Source of the DNA: a virus
Taxonomy: Duplodnaviria > Heunggongvirae > Uroviricota > Caudoviricetes
IMG/VR virus record: IMGVR_UViG_2562617087_000022
Length of the DNA stretch: 23,278 nucleotides
Direction: 5' to 3' (one strand)
Under the pieces are notes generated by a model. The model was not told the origin of the DNA and made no database searches. It worked only from the letters and a program-made list of their open reading frames with translations. Positions within the stretch are counted from its first letter, which is position 1, and every line of letters begins with the position of its first letter. Position numbers and translations under genes: made by a program. Of this stretch, positions 1 through 9,937 are shown piece after piece.

Positions 1-549
1 ATGCAATTTAATATCCCTACGTTGCTTACACTGTTCCGTGTCATCCTTATCCCATTCTTTGTATTGGTCTTTTATCTGCCTGTCACTTGGTCGCCGTTTG
101 CCGCCGCGCTCATTTTCTGCGTCGCGGCGGTGACTGACTGGTTCGATGGTTTTCTGGCACGCCGCTGGAACCAGAGTACCCGGTTTGGTGCTTTCCTTGA
201 CCCTGTAGCAGATAAAGTTCTCGTGGCTATCGCCATGGTGCTGGTAACCGAGCATTACCACAGCTGGTGGGTGACCTTACCGGCGGCAACGATGATCGCC
301 CGTGAAATTATTATTTCTGCGCTACGCGAATGGATGGCGGAGTTGGGTAAACGCAGTAGCGTGGCTGTCTCCTGGATTGGGAAAGTGAAAACCACTGCCC
401 AGATGGTGGCGTTGGCATGGCTGCTGTGGCGTCCGAACATTTGGGTTGAGTACGCCGGTATTGCACTTTTCTTTGTGGCTGCGGTACTGACTCTGTGGTC
501 AATGTTGCAATATTTGAGCGCTGCGCGTGCAGATTTGCTTGATCAGTGA
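1..549 (+). CDS. pgsA: Phosphatidylglycerophosphate synthase (CDP-diacylglycerol--glycerol-3-phosphate 3-phosphatidyltransferase)
   Basis: Full 182-aa ORF recognised as E. coli PgsA; hydrophobic membrane protein; sits directly upstream of the glyW-cysT-leuZ tRNA cluster as in E. coli. Confidence 0.93.
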
Positions 550-599
550 TCGTTTCGGCGCAATTTTCAGCAAACGATCAAAAGTGGTGAAAAATATCG

Positions 600-627
600 T
601 TGACTCATCGCGCCAGGTAAGTAGAAT
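600..627 (+). promoter_or_regulatory. Putative sigma70 promoter of the tRNA operon
   Basis: TTGACT (600-605), 16-bp spacer, TAGAAT (622-627), GC-rich stretch downstream; about 70 nt upstream of tRNA-Gly. Confidence 0.4.
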
Positions 628-700
628 GCAACGCATCGAACGGCGGCACTGATTGCCAGACGATAATAAAATCAAGTGATTAACTGATTGCTTGATGAAT

Positions 701-776
<76 letters not shown>

Positions 777-829
777 GTTTAAAAGACATCGGCGTCAGCG
801 GATGTCTGGCTGAAAGGCCTGAAGAATTT

Positions 830-903
830 GGCGCGTTAACAAAGCGGTTATGTAGCGGATTGCAAATCCGTCTAGTCCGGTTCGACTCCGGAACGCGCCT
901 CCA
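830..903 (+). tRNA. cysT: tRNA-Cys (anticodon GCA)
   Basis: 74-nt sequence GGCGCGTTAACAAAGCGGT...GGTTCGACTCCGGAACGCGCCTCCA; GCA anticodon. Confidence 0.95.
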
Positions 904-915
904 CTTTCTTCCCGA

Positions 916-1002
916 GCCCGGATGGTGGAATCGGTAGACACAAGGGATTTAAAATCCCTCGGCGTTCGCGCTGTGCGGGTTCAAGTCCCGCTCCGGGTAC
1001 CA
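916..1002 (+). tRNA. leuZ: tRNA-Leu (anticodon UAA), long variable arm
   Basis: 87-nt sequence GCCCGGATGGTGGAATCGGTAGACACAAGGGATTTAAAATCCC...GGGTTCAAGTCCCGCTCCGGGTACCA. Confidence 0.95.
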
Positions 1003-1046
1003 TGGGAAAGCTAAGAATAAAATCAAAGCAATAAGCAGTGTCGTGA

Positions 1047-1069
1047 AACCACCTTCGGGTGGTTTTTTC
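1047..1069 (+). terminator. Rho-independent terminator of the tRNA operon
   Basis: Stem AACCACC / GGTGGTT with UUCG tetraloop followed by a T6 run. Confidence 0.8.
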
Positions 1070-1540
1070 GTATTTGTATTTTGTGCAATGGCGGTAGAGT
1101 GGCGATGGTGTGGCGATATGCAGAAACAATGGTAGTGCACGTGCTGTTTAAACTCTAAGGATGAAGCAGAATTCTTCTGCAGCTCCTCCGTATTTCGCAT
1201 AGTGAACCAGGACCTCTGTTAAACAAAAATTTTTCTGGGATTTTTCCACTCGACTTTATTTTTCCTCCTGCAATCCACCAACAGGTACCTGCGCTAATCT
1301 ATCTTTTTAATCTGACAACATCTTGGGAAAAGGCAAATTCGTCAGATTTACTGTTTTTCTGCTGCCTCGAATGCCGATGTCTGAAGCACTGATAAGAGTT
1401 CTATCTCTTTGATATAGATCTTTTTTTTGATGAATTGCACGACATATTATCGTTATGACACCTTCTTGTTAAAGGTATTGTGCTCCTCATCTCGATTTTA
1501 TGATGTGGGCTATGATTGGTTAGTAATTGAGTGTATCGGT

Positions 1541-1822
1541 ATGCGATGTGGTTTATTAATGGCAATCTGCCTTTGTTTAGTATCTTTTAGTGGATATGCA
1601 GCAACAGGAAAGTCTGATGCTCAGATCAAAAAAGAAATAATTAAAGAATCCATTGAATCTTATCCAGGCAATTGTGCGTGTCCTTATAATCATGCAAGGA
1701 ATGGTAGTAGATGTGGTGGACGCAGTGCATATAGCCGTAATGGAGGGTATGACGTGGTATGTTATGAGGGTGATGTTACCGATGAAATGATCCGGCAATG
1801 GAAGCAGGAGAATGCTGAGTAA
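1541..1822 (+). CDS. Hypothetical small secreted protein (signal peptide, 5 Cys in mature part)
   Basis: ATG at 1541 inside the 1427..1822 ORF gives MRCGLLMAICLCLVSFSGYAA signal-like N-terminus; AT-rich DNA; weak RBS; function unknown. Confidence 0.4.
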   Translation: MRCGLLMAICLCLVSFSGYAATGKSDAQIKKEIIKESIESYPGNCACPYNHARNGSRCGGRSAYSRNGGYDVVCYEGDVTDEMIRQWKQENAE

Positions 1823-2005
1823 TCTCTTTTAACAGGTTTGTTGTGCGAGCATTATGTGCCGTTAACGGTTCACATCCCGAAAATCTGCGCTTCTGGCTGA
1901 AAGCCTGTCCGGTGGTCCTTCGTGAGCGATTTCATCAACAATGTAAGTGTAGATTCAATTGGTCAACGCAACAGTTATGTGAAAACATGGGGTTGCGGAG
2001 GTTTG

Positions 2006-2146
2006 GAACTATGGAAGAACGGAACAGGCTTCAGTGAAATAGCGAATATCCTGGGTTCAAAACCCGGAACGATCTTCACTATGTTAAGGGATACTGGCGG
2101 CATAAAACCCCATGAGCGTAAGCGGGCTGTAGCTCACCTGACACTG
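2006..2146 (+). pseudogene. insI: IS30 transposase, N-terminal fragment (start codon region missing, cut by IS629)
   Basis: Translates ELWKNGTGFSEIANILGSKPGTIFTMLRDTGGIKPHERKRAVAHLTL matching InsI residues about 15-60; the canonical MRRTFTAEEKASVF N-terminus is absent. Confidence 0.8.
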
Positions 2147-2188
2147 TGAACCGCCCCGGTTTTCCTGGAGAGTGTTTTATCTGTGAAC

Positions 2189-3076
2189 TCAGGCTGCCAG
2201 ATCATCGTTTCTGATGGAAGCATAATAAGCTTTTTCTGCTTCTGCCGGAGGGATATGACCCAGCCTTCCCAGCAATCGTCGATTGTTATACCAGTCCACC
2301 CACGTGAGTGTGGCCAGTTCCACTTCTGCACGGTTTTTCCAGCTCTTACGGTGTATTACCTCCGCTTTGTAAAGACCATTGATGCTCTCCGCCATCGCGT
2401 TGTCATACGAGTCACCTGTACTCCCTGTTGATGCCAGCAGTTTTGCTTCTTTTAGTCGCTCCGTATAGGCCAGTGATATATACTGAGAACCTTTATCACT
2501 GTGATGGACTGTGCCGGACGGCCGACGGGCCCACAACGCCTGCTCCAGTGCATCCAGCACGAATGTCGTTTCCATAGACGATGAGACTCGCCACCCCACG
2601 ATACATCCGGCAAACACATCAATGATGAACGCCACATAGACGAAGCCCTGCCATGTGCTGACGTAAGTAAAATCAGCCACCCACAGCTGGTCAGGACGTT
2701 CTGCCACGAACTGACGGTTTACGCGGTCGCCTGCGGAAACGGCTTTCCGGCTGACGGTAGTACGGACCTTTTTACCCCGGAGAACACCGGCAAGTCCCAT
2801 AACCGCCATGAGGCGCGCCACTGTACATCTGGCCACCCTGATACCTTCGCGTAACAACTGGCGCCAGACTTTACGCACACCGTACACCTGATGATTTTCA
2901 TCGTATACGCGCTGTATCTCTCTCTTCAGCCAGTCATCGCGCTGAGCACGGGCACTGCGTTTATCAGGATGATGTCGCTGTTGCTGACAGTGGTAATACG
3001 TTGACGGGGCAATATGCAGTTCACTGCATACCGGTCCGACCCCGTACTGCTCACGCAGCTTATCCAGCAGCGGCAT
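2189..3076 (-). CDS. IS629 transposase OrfB (DDE integrase domain)
   Basis: 295-aa [18 protein letters not shown]...; recognised as IS629/IS1203 OrfB; a second, truncated copy is at 12118..12795. Confidence 0.9.
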   Translation of the reverse strand: MPLLDKLREQYGVGPVCSELHIAPSTYYHCQQQRHHPDKRSARAQRDDWLKREIQRVYDENHQVYGVRKVWRQLLREGIRVARCTVARLMAVMGLAGVLRGKKVRTTVSRKAVSAGDRVNRQFVAERPDQLWVADFTYVSTWQGFVYVAFIIDVFAGCIVGWRVSSSMETTFVLDALEQALWARRPSGTVHHSDKGSQYISLAYTERLKEAKLLASTGSTGDSYDNAMAESINGLYKAEVIHRKSWKNRAEVELATLTWVDWYNNRRLLGRLGHIPPAEAEKAYYASIRNDDLAA

Positions 3077-3402
3077 TATTTTTTCCAGAGGCGGTCGAAC
3101 TCCGCCTTCGCAAAATAAGCGGAAGCCTGGCGAAGGATATCGTTACTGCGGCGCAGTTCACGATTTTCACGTTCCAGCTCTTTCAGACGCTGACGTTCAG
3201 CGGTGGTGAGTCCACCATCACCACTCCCGGTATCCCGCTCATGCTGACGAACCCACACACGCAGAGTCTCTGGTGTACAGCCAATCTTTGGGGCAATGGA
3301 ACAAATTGCCGCCCATTGTGAGTCATATTCGCCCTGACTTTCCAGAACCATACGAACTGCTCGTTGACGGACCTCGGGGGAAAAACGTGTATTTTTAGTC
3401 AT
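3076..3402 (-). CDS. IS629 OrfA (HTH transposase subunit)
   Basis: 108-aa [29 protein letters not shown]...; the copy at 11792..12118 differs by one residue. Confidence 0.9.
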   Translation of the reverse strand: MTKNTRFSPEVRQRAVRMVLESQGEYDSQWAAICSIAPKIGCTPETLRVWVRQHERDTGSGDGGLTTAERQRLKELERENRELRRSNDILRQASAYFAKAEFDRLWKK

Positions 3403-3456
3403 CCTGTTTACCTCTTTCTCAGGGAGTTTAGTCTCCAGGATTCCCGGGGCGGTTCA

Positions 3457-4428
3457 CTGTCTGAGCGCGAGGAGATACGAGCTGGTTTGTCAGCCAAAAT
3501 GAGCATTCGTGCGATAGCTACTGCGCTGAATCGCAGTCCTTCGACGATCTCACGTGAAGTTCAGCGTAATCGGGGCAGACGCTATTACAAAGCTGTTGAT
3601 GCTAATAACCGAGCCAACAGAATGGCGAAAAGGCCAAAACCGTGCTTACTGGATCAAAATTTACCATTGCGAAAGCTTGTTCTGGAAAAGCTGGAGATGA
3701 AATGGTCTCCAGAGCAAATATCAGGATGGTTAAGGCGAACAAAACCACGTCAAAAAACGCTGCGAATATCACCTGAGACAATTTATAAAACGCTGTACTT
3801 TCGTAGCCGTGAAGCGCTACACCACCTGAATATACAGCATCTGCGACGGTCGCATAGCCTTCGCCATGGCAGGCGTCATACCCGCAAAGGCGAAAGAGGT
3901 ACGATTAACATAGTGAACGGAACACCAATTCACGAACGTTCCCGAAATATCGATAACAGACGCTCTCTAGGGCATTGGGAGGGCGATTTAGTCTCAGGTA
4001 CAAAAAACTCTCATATAGCCACACTTGTAGACCGAAAATCACGTTATACGATCATCCTCAGACTCAGGGGCAAAGATTCTGTCTCAGTAAATCAGGCTCT
4101 TACCGACAAATTCCTGAGTTTACCGTCAGAACTCAGAAAATCACTGACATGGGACAGAGGAATGGAACTGGCCAGACATCTAGAATTTACTGTCAGCACC
4201 GGCGTTAAAGTTTACTTCTGCGATCCTCAGAGTCCTTGGCAGCGGGGAACAAATGAGAACACAAATGGGCTAATTCGGCAGTACTTTCCTAAAAAGACAT
4301 GTCTTGCCCAATATACTCAACATGAACTAGATCTGGTTGCTGCTCAGCTAAACAACAGACCGAGAAAGACACTGAAGTTCAAAACACCGAAAGAGATAAT
4401 TGAAAGGGGTGTTGCATTGACAGATTGA
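3457..4428 (+). pseudogene. insI: IS30 transposase, C-terminal portion (disrupted by IS629)
   Basis: From LSEREEIRAGLSAKMSIRAIATALNRSPSTISREV... to ...KEIIERGVALTD stop; colinear with InsI after the IS629 insertion point. Confidence 0.88.
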
Positions 4429-4433
4429 ATCTA

Positions 4434-4703
4434 CAAGTGCCTTTTTTCTGTCAGCGGTTCTCCTTTCCAGCCAATGAGAACCGTCAGGCGCGCGCCCCGT
4501 GGCGGTAGCTGCAACTGACCATCTGCATCATCCAGCGTGATGGTGAGCTGGTCCGCCTCAAATCCCCGGTTGTCGGTCAGTGACAGGCTCATCAGGCGCT
4601 CTGCCACGCCTGACAGCGTTTTACCCTCCGCGAGAATATCAAAATCCGGCACTTTCACGTGGTCTGTGCCCTGACTGAGCAATTGCATGGTGGTGTCGGT
4701 CAT
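4434..4703 (-). pseudogene. Phage tail protein D-like (Phage_GPD family), N-terminal fragment
   Basis: RBS AGGGAGG then ATG at 4703; ...LSLTDNRGFEADQLTITLDDADGQLQLPPRGARLTVLIGWKG resembles the N-terminal motif of P2 gpD-type proteins; only about 90 codons remain; the stop codon is supplied by the IS30 terminus. Confidence 0.5.
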
Positions 4704-4860
4704 CTGTTCCCTCCCTGTGCGGCATGGTCGCATGTGCGTGCGGAGGGGGTTACTGCTTTTTGTTGTCGCCGTGGCGGGAGAACGGCGCAGGGGTGAGATT
4801 ACGCGCGTGGTGGGTGATGATTGTTGCCGAATCATTTAACGGATACAAGGGGCTGAAGCT

Positions 4861-6045
4861 ATGAGTGAAACTCGTTTTCATGGTGCCCGTGTTACGGAAA
4901 GTACCGACCTGGTAACAGCGATTAATGATGTTGATTCCAGTGTTATCGGTATCGTGGCAACGGCAGATGATGCGGACGCGGAGCTGTTCCCGCTGAACAA
5001 GCCCACACTGCTGACCCGCGTCAATGACGTGCTGGGAAAATGCGGGACTACGGGGACGCTTTATCGTGCGCTTAAGGCTATCGCAGACCAGGTGAGCACA
5101 AAAGTGATCGTCGTTCGCGTGGCTGAACACAAAGAAGAAGGCGGTAAGACGCAGGATCAACTGGTTATCGGTGGTTCTGAATCTGACGGCAGCTATACGG
5201 GGATGTATGCGCTGCTTGTTGCAGAGCAGGATGAAAGCATCGGATACCGTCCGCGTATTCTGGCCGCGCCGGAGCTGGACACGGAGGCGGTAACAAAATC
5301 CCTGTGCGTGATTGCGGGTAAACTGCGCGCGTTTGTGTATGCCACATGTCATGGTTGTAACACGATGGCTGAGGCGATTACCTACCGCCAGAAATTCAAC
5401 GAACGTGAGGTGATGCTCTTATGGCCTGACTTCATCGCCTACAACCTGAAAAGTGGCAAAAACGAAACGTTCCCCGCGCCTGCTTATGCGTGCGGCCTTC
5501 GTGCGTACATTGACCATGAGCAGGGCTGGCACAAATCGCTGTCCAACGTTCCGGTTAAAAATGTGCTTGGGATGTCGAGGCATGTGTTCTGGTCGTTGCA
5601 GGCCGAAGACAGTGATGCCAACAGCCTCAACAACAAAGAAATCACGACCATTATTCGTCGCAACGGGTTCCGCTTCTGGGGCAACCGCACACCGGAAACG
5701 AACGCCTACATCTTTGAGGTGTATACCCGAACCGCACAGGTGCTGGCTGATTCAATTGCGGAAGCGCAGTTTGAAACCATCGACAGTCCACTGACACCTG
5801 CGAACGTGAAGGATGTTATCAGTGCCATCAGGGCAAAACTGGATTCACTGGTTACTGCCGGGAAACTGATTGGCGCGGAGTGCTGGTATGACATCGAGGA
5901 TAACAGCACCACGAATTTACGTCAGGGGCGTGTGCGTATTCGCTACAAATATACGCCCGTTCCTCCGCTGGAAGACATGGAGCTTTACCAGTCGTTTACT
6001 GATGAATTCTTTGGTCCCGCATTTGCGGTGCTGGGAGGTGCCTGA
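4861..6045 (+). CDS. Contractile tail sheath protein (P2 FI-like)
   Basis: 394-aa ORF with RBS AAGGGG; recognisable similarity to the P2 FI sheath (e.g. ...LWPDF..., ...GFRFWGNRT..., ...YTPVPPLE...). Confidence 0.9.
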   Translation: MSETRFHGARVTESTDLVTAINDVDSSVIGIVATADDADAELFPLNKPTLLTRVNDVLGKCGTTGTLYRALKAIADQVSTKVIVVRVAEHKEEGGKTQDQLVIGGSESDGSYTGMYALLVAEQDESIGYRPRILAAPELDTEAVTKSLCVIAGKLRAFVYATCHGCNTMAEAITYRQKFNEREVMLLWPDFIAYNLKSGKNETFPAPAYACGLRAYIDHEQGWHKSLSNVPVKNVLGMSRHVFWSLQAEDSDANSLNNKEITTIIRRNGFRFWGNRTPETNAYIFEVYTRTAQVLADSIAEAQFETIDSPLTPANVKDVISAIRAKLDSLVTAGKLIGAECWYDIEDNSTTNLRQGRVRIRYKYTPVPPLEDMELYQSFTDEFFGPAFAVLGGA

Positions 6046-6557
6046 TGGCTGTACCAAAACATCTTCGCTTTTTTACGCTGTTTGTGGATGGTGAAAACGA
6101 AGTGGGTAAGGTGACGTCCGTCACCCTGCCTAAACTGACGCGCAAAACCGACAGCTACCGGGGTGGTGGCATGATGGGTGCGGTAAGTATTGACCTCGGC
6201 CTGGACGACTCCGCGCTTGATGCGAGCTTTGTCATGGGGGGCGCAGTTCGTGAGCTGTTCCTGAAGTATGGCGGCACGATTGACGGCACGCTACTGCGTT
6301 TTGCGGGGGAATACTACACCGATGATGAAAGCGACCTGTATGAAGTCGAAATGCGCGGACGTGTGACGGAAATTGATATGGGGGAAGCCAAACAGGGCGA
6401 AGCCACATCACACACTTACGCCATTAAAAACACCTACTACAAGCTGAGTGTTAACGATCGCCCGTTGTGGGAGATTGACCTGCTGAACTTCATTTACCGG
6501 AAGGACGGCAAGGACATTGTGCCCGATCGCATCCGTTCCGCGCTTGGGCTTGGCTGA
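6045..6557 (+). CDS. Tail tube protein (P2 FII-like)
   Basis: 170-aa ORF, start overlaps FI stop (TGATG); ...LPKLTRK...YRGGGM...LRFAG... pattern as in P2 FII. Confidence 0.88.
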   Translation: MAVPKHLRFFTLFVDGENEVGKVTSVTLPKLTRKTDSYRGGGMMGAVSIDLGLDDSALDASFVMGGAVRELFLKYGGTIDGTLLRFAGEYYTDDESDLYEVEMRGRVTEIDMGEAKQGEATSHTYAIKNTYYKLSVNDRPLWEIDLLNFIYRKDGKDIVPDRIRSALGLG

Positions 6558-6611
6558 TAAGTAATATGCAGGCGGCGCAGTGCGTCGCCTCTGACTGAAA
6601 GGAGTTTCCTG

Positions 6612-6977
6612 ATGAAAGAGACGAAAAACATCGATACCGAAAACACGGTAGTTACTGACACTGTGAAAGAAACCAGTGAGCGTGGTGTAAAACTTACCCA
6701 ACCAATTGAGCGAGGCGGCGAAAAAATCACGTATGTGGAGATCACCGGGGCTATTGAGCAGGCTGGATCTCTGCGAGATTTGTCGCTGTCTGATGTGCTG
6801 AATCTGAAAGCGGAATCCATGTTTACGCTGCTGTCACGCGTGACATCACCGCGACTGGATGAAGTGACGATCAAAAAAATGGCATCCCGTGACTTTATTC
6901 AGTTATGTGTGGTTGCCGTAAATTTTTTGAGCGGTGCGGACTCTGGCGGGAAGAACGAACAGGCGACGGAAGCCTGA
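6612..6977 (+). CDS. Tail assembly chaperone (P2 gpE-like)
   Basis: 121-aa ORF with RBS AAGGAG; position between tube and tape measure; contains a TTTTTTG slippery site near the 3' end. Confidence 0.75.
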   Translation: MKETKNIDTENTVVTDTVKETSERGVKLTQPIERGGEKITYVEITGAIEQAGSLRDLSLSDVLNLKAESMFTLLSRVTSPRLDEVTIKKMASRDFIQLCVVAVNFLSGADSGGKNEQATEA

Positions 6978-7141
6978 TCACGGTTGTGTGCTTTGAGCAC
7001 ATAGAAGACTTTGTGGCAGATATTGCCGTTATTTTTAACTGGTCGCCCGCCGAAATCTTCATGATGACGCCCGGCGAAGTGGTTAGCTGGCGTGAGCGGG
7101 CGGCACTTCGCAGCGGGAATGCAGACAATGAAGACTCTTGA
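6612..7141 (+). CDS. Tail assembly chaperone E+E' (predicted -1 frameshift extension product)
   Basis: The -1 frame ORF 6905..7141 overlaps the 3' end of E and ends inside the start of T, as in P2 E/E' (analogous to lambda G/GT). Confidence 0.55.
6923..6929 (+). promoter_or_regulatory. Putative -1 programmed ribosomal frameshift slippery heptamer T-TTT-TTG
   Basis: Heptamer in the E reading frame (codons AAT TTT TTG), upstream of the E stop and inside the overlapping -1 ORF. Confidence 0.5.
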
Positions 7142-9931
7142 TATCCGGGTCGCTTTCAGCGCCGTTGACAGGCTGACCCGACCTGCCGAAAACGCACGCC
7201 GCCTGATGGGGCAGTTTGGTGACTCCATCCAGCGAACGCAGGGGGCGATCAAAAATCTCGAGCGTCAGGCGCGATCATTTGAGCGCGCCCGCGACGCTGT
7301 CAGTAAAGCGGATGCTGGCATCGTGAAAGCACGACGCCAGCTTAACGCCCTTAATCAGTTACAACGCACGGGTACAGTGCTCAGCGAAAAACAACAAAAG
7401 CTGATGCAGCAGTTAAGCACCCGGCTTGAACGCCTGAATGAATCGCGCACACGGGAAATTCAGAAAATGAGGGAACTTGGCGGAGAGCTGAAACGCCACG
7501 GCATTTCCCTGACAGGCAGCGATAACACCATTCAGCAGGCCATCAGACGCACCGAACAATACAACAACCAGCTTGAACGCGAACGGCAGGCGCTTGCGCG
7601 TGTAACGCAGGCGCGTGAGCGGTATTCGCACGCGCAGGAAACCGCGGGAAAACTGAAAACAGGTGGTGCGCTGGCAATTGGTGCGGCAGCGGCGGGCGGC
7701 TATGCTGCCGGGCGTTTTTTGCAGCCTGCGATCGGGTTCGGCAAAGAGATGTCCCGCGTTCAGGCACTGACGCGAATCGACAAAAACAGCCCGCAGTTTA
7801 AGGCGCTGCGTGAGCAGGCGTTAAAACTTGCTGAAACACAGTTTACTGCGAGTGATGCCGCCAGTGGGCAGAGCTTTCTGGCAATGGCTGGTTTTACTCC
7901 GCAGGCCATTCAGGCCGCATTGCCCGGTGTTCTTAATATGGCGCTGGCAGGTGGCGTCGAACTCGGCGAGACGGCTGATATAGGCTCCAATATCCTCACA
8001 CAGTTCAACCTGACAGCCGATCAAATGGACCGGGTGGGCGATACGCTGACAGCAGCATTTACCCGGACCAATACTGATTTACGCGCGCTGGGCGAAACCA
8101 TGAAGTATACCGGTCCGGTTGCCGCAAAACTTGGTATCAGTCTTGAAGAAGCGGCGGCCATGGCCGGGATGCTTGCCAATAATGGTCTTCGCGGAAGCGA
8201 TGCTGGCACGGCCATGCGCGCAAGTCTGTCCCGCCTTGCATCACCGCCAAAAGCTGCGGCTGATGCACTGAAAGAGCTGGGGGTGTCAGTTGCTGACGCC
8301 AGAGGCAAAATGCGCCCGATGGAGGATGTGCTGCTTGATCTCTATAAGGCGACACAAAAATACGGACAGGTGGACCAGGTCTCCTTCTTCAAGGACATCG
8401 CCGGAGAAGAGGCGTTCGTTGGTTTGCAGACGCTTGTTGCGGCGGCTGGTTCAGGAGAGCTGCAAAAACTGACCAGAGAATTGCAGGGGGCAAGGGGAGA
8501 GGCCGATCGCGTCGCAAAAGTAATGGCTGATAATCTTGATGGGGACCTGAAAAATCTCGACAGCGCATGGGAAGGTCTTCGTATTCGCATCAGTGATCTG
8601 GTTGACGGTCCGCTGCGTTCTGTCACGCAGTGGCTCACGCGGGTGCTTGAAAAAATCACCTCGCTGGCGCAGGCCCATCCGGTACTGACGCGCCAGCTAC
8701 TGATAGCAGGCGGTGCGTTGCTGGCAATGACTGCAACGATTGGCTCGTTGTCGCTGGTTATTGGGGTGCTTTACGGGAAGCTGGCCACCCTGCGTCTTGG
8801 TTTTGACATTCTTACCCGGTCAATGAATGTCGTCAGGGTGTTACCTGCGCTATGGGGAATGGTGACGGGTTCCGTTTCTTTACTGGGAGGCGTTATCGGG
8901 GCGTTGTTCAGTCCGGTTGGTCTTATCGTGGCTGCGCTTGCCGGAGCTGCCGTTCTTATCTGGAAATACTGGGATCCTATCAGGGCTTTCTTTGCCGGGG
9001 TGTTCAGCGGGATTATGGAAAGGCTGACCCCGTTGCGCGACACCTTTGAACGGTTTGGCCCTGTTTTTGACGTAATCGGAAGCGGTTCAGCCAGGTGTTT
9101 AACTGGTTTAAATCGCTGCTGTCACCGATGGAGTCCAGCAAGGAAACGCTGGATAAATGTACCAGTGCTGGCGAGGTATTCGGTAACGTTCTTGGTGGTG
9201 CGTTACAGCTTGTTCTGACGCCTGCAAAAATGTTGCTGGATACGCTGGCGTGGATACTTGAAAAACTCGGTGTGCTTCCGGATGAAGCGGAAAGGGCGCG
9301 CAAGAAAATCGAAGACGCACAACGTGCGGCCATTCTTCAGGACAAGGTTGCTCTGTTTCAGGGAGACATTGCGAAAATCAATCCGCCGAAGTCTGCGGGA
9401 AATAGCAATGGCACCGGAGATGATAAACCCAAAGACAACAAACCTCTCACAGACAGCAATACCGGCACGCTACGCAGACTCAGCAAAATTGCTGATAACA
9501 CAGGTAAGCTGGTTGATGAGACAAAAAAACGCATTGGCCCCGGCGATATTGTCTTTAAGAACCTGCCCCGCGCACTTGCTGTTCGTGGGGAGTGGCAGGA
9601 GCGGAAGATTGCGCAGGTCAGTAAGCCTGCCCCCGCAATTAATATCACACCCGTGGTCCCGGCTCCGCTGCCTCCGGCGCTGGTCCCTGTTGTTGCGGCC
9701 AGCTCCCGCCCGGTGGTGGAGGCCATACGATCGCCAGTGGCATCAGTTCCTGCAACTTCCCGTAACCGGGAGCCTGTTGCCTCCGGATTTGGCGGTGAAA
9801 TTCATGTTCATCTGCATAACGTTGTTACGCAGAATCCCCGCGAACTGGCGAAACTGGTCGGCGAAATGGTCAGGGCAGAAATGGAACGGCGCGCCCGTGC
9901 CAGGCGTGGCAGTTTTTACGATAAAGATTGA
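7119..9931 (+). pseudogene. Tail tape measure protein (P2 gpT-like), apparently frameshifted near 9071-9095
   Basis: Coiled-coil and Gly/Ala-rich tape-measure-like sequence in frame 0 up to about 9080, then protein-like sequence continues in another frame (ORF 9095..9931); a 1-nt change in the short T run near 9086 would restore one roughly 937-aa ORF. Confidence 0.72.
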
Positions 9932-9937
9932 GGAGTC

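Larger units (their letters stand above)
2147..3456 (-). mobile_element. IS629 (IS3 family), complete 1310-bp copy inserted in IS30
   Basis: Ends TGAACCGCCCCGG... at both termini (inverted); 3-bp CTG target duplication (2144-2146 and 3457-3459); orfA/orfB with overlapping stop/start in an A-rich tract. Confidence 0.92.
1948..4435 (+). mobile_element. IS30 copy, interrupted by a nested IS629 and carrying an internal deletion near the transposase start
   Basis: Left end TGTAGATTCAATTGGTCAACGCAACAG at 1948, right end ...GACAGATTGAATCTACA at 4435 (imperfect 26-bp terminal inverted repeats); 2-bp AG flanking duplication (1946-1947 and 4436-4437); IS30-derived length is about 1175 bp versus the canonical 1221 bp. 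Confidence 0.88.

Noticed and set aside
550-600. Inverted repeat TGATCGTTT...AAACGATCA just after pgsA as a terminator
   Set aside because: Loop of about 16 nt and no following U-run; not convincing as an intrinsic terminator.
1843-2149. ORFs 1843..2037 and 1922..2149 spanning the IS30 left end
   Set aside because: Composite of flanking DNA and the IS30 terminal region/transposase N-terminal remnant; no independent gene.
3364-4428. 354-aa ORF in the track that looks like a long novel protein
   Set aside because: Chimeric read-through: the first about 30 codons come from the IS629 terminus and the rest is the C-terminal part of the IS30 transposase, in frame by accident of the nested insertion. 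Annotated instead as a disrupted IS30 transposase.
4750-5912. Minus-strand ORFs (200, 68 and 68 aa) and plus-strand ORF 5453..5794 inside the sheath gene
   Set aside because: Antisense or alternative-frame ORFs within a well-supported sheath gene; Arg/Ser-rich, low-complexity translations.
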